A stretch of 63,888 nucleotides of DNA, filler included, from Dugesia japonica (lineage: Eukaryota): the NCBI GenBank assembly GCA_001938525.1. It is 5 parts of 5 records of this genome, joined end to end, with 100 filler letters (N's around TTAATTAATTAA, not from the genome) between each part and the next. Parts side by side here need not be neighbours in the genome. Positions count along the whole stretch, not along the records: positions 55,394 to 63,888 come from MQRL01536504.1; 4 more parts are not named here. One strand, 5' to 3'. This document shows, piece by piece, positions 62,590 through 63,888 of the stretch (its first letter is position 1; the number at the start of each line of letters is the position of its first letter). The position numbers and the translations under genes were made by a program. The notes under the pieces are model-generated. The model was not told where the DNA came from, ran no database searches, and saw nothing but the letters and a program-made list of their open reading frames with translations.

Positions 62590-63888
62590 AAAAATGAACT
62601 GGAATAATATTCAAATAATTGAATACCTAAATGAAGAGAACCTTGATGATTTAGATGGTCCACAAGTTGGTGGTTCTATAGACATATTTGTTATTGAAGT
62701 CAACATGTACAGATATCACCAGATCTTGAAATTAGATGTTTCAAGATTTAAGATGAGAAAGATTATTTTATCAGATACTTTGGTATAAAAACTACTTAAA
62801 ATAATTGAAGAAATAAAGGATGTAAAAATTTATTTTGGAATTTATGTTAAGTTGTATGTTAAGATCATGAAATAAAAACTTGTTATTTATCTAATAGTGC
62901 TGCAGTACTTATTGATTAGTTCTTCGAAGAGGGATTTAGGATATTGAATGAAAAGATCGTTGTAAGAAGCAAAATAAGTAGATTGTCAGACCGTAGTCAT
63001 ATCCCAACTCCAGAAAATCTAAAAGTGAAAAAACCTATTGTTAACATCAAAAATAGTGATAATAAATGTTACATATATAGTATTCTCTATATTCTTAAAC
63101 GAGACGTAGTAGTCAAAAAGAGCAGGAATCCTACAATACAATATAATGAGTTTATGTTAGAACTTGTATTCAGTAAAAGAGAAATACCCATGAAATTTGT
63201 AAATATTCCAAAATTTGAAAAACAAAACCCTTAATTGACTATCAACGTGCTATCATAGCAACAAAATGAAGATTATGAAAATGAGGTTGTCATGAAACAT
63301 CCTACTTTTGATATTCATAAACCTAGGGTTGAAGGTGGTAAGAAAATAAATTTATTATTATTTGAAGATGGGGTAAACTTCATTACACAGATGTAATGAA
63401 TTTTAATAGATTGATAAACAGAGATATTAAAAAGAATGGTGTTTAAATTCTTTTAATTTGTTGCGAAAATTGTCTTAGTGGATTTTGGGATAACGCGGCT
63501 TTGAAGACTCATGAACCAACTAGTGAAAAAATACAAACAAGAACCATTATTTATAAAATGCATTTTAAAAAAATTAATATTTACAGGCAGTCAATTTTTT
63601 CACTGGAATATCTCCTGCATACCAACAGCAAGCAAAAATGGCACACTTGGGAAAAGTAACTATAAAGTTCATTGATTCACATCGATTTATCAATACATCA
63701 TTTTACTCAGCTGTTAAAACTATCAGAACAACTCCATTTACAACAAAGAAGTTTAATGATTATAGAATCATAAAAGCAAAGAAAATTTTCACATATGACT
63801 TTGTTACATGCCTATCGGTGATGAAAAAGATCAAAAGTATGTCATCAATATAGACAGATGTCAATGAAGAATCGTATCTTAAGGCATT
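62590..63888 (+). pseudogene. Third, distinct pPolB relic (N-terminal and exonuclease region, internally deleted)
   Basis: IVNIKNSDNKCYIYSIL, IPKFEKQNP, INLLLF, CENCL, IKFIDSHRF, KKIFTYDF. Confidence 0.8.

Noticed and set aside
58935-63888. Recent duplication of 59071-59492 and 63467-63888 (also 58935-59070 and 59543-59668)
   Set aside because: The copies end at the same base next to a gap or the sequence end; most likely misassembly.

Overview
Very AT-rich metazoan genomic DNA (planarian-like is only my guess) from a draft assembly. Four 100-nt N44-TTAATTAATTAA-N44 spacers join five contigs whose adjacency is unproven. The window is dominated by decayed Polinton/Maverick (adintovirus-like) elements: (1) a complete 6.75-kb internally deleted Polinton (1925-8675) with ~1-kb TIRs and a perfect 6-bp TSD, inserted into a Gypsy integrase; (2) two divergent, syntenic fragments of a second lineage (9415-16960, 46487-52542), both with pPolB, minor capsid, adenain-like protease, a fibre-like gene and membrane-active candidates, plus an ATPase remnant in the first; (3) a third pPolB relic and several orphan termini. 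Also present are Gypsy gag/pol remnants, a MULE with a 9-bp TSD, a mariner, a Penelope-like repeat with a minimal hammerhead motif, an F-type lectin pseudoexon, and the last three exons of a host MARK/PAR-1-like kinase (KA1 domain). All family calls are by-eye motif recognition; no searches were run, and boundaries of degraded relics are approximate.
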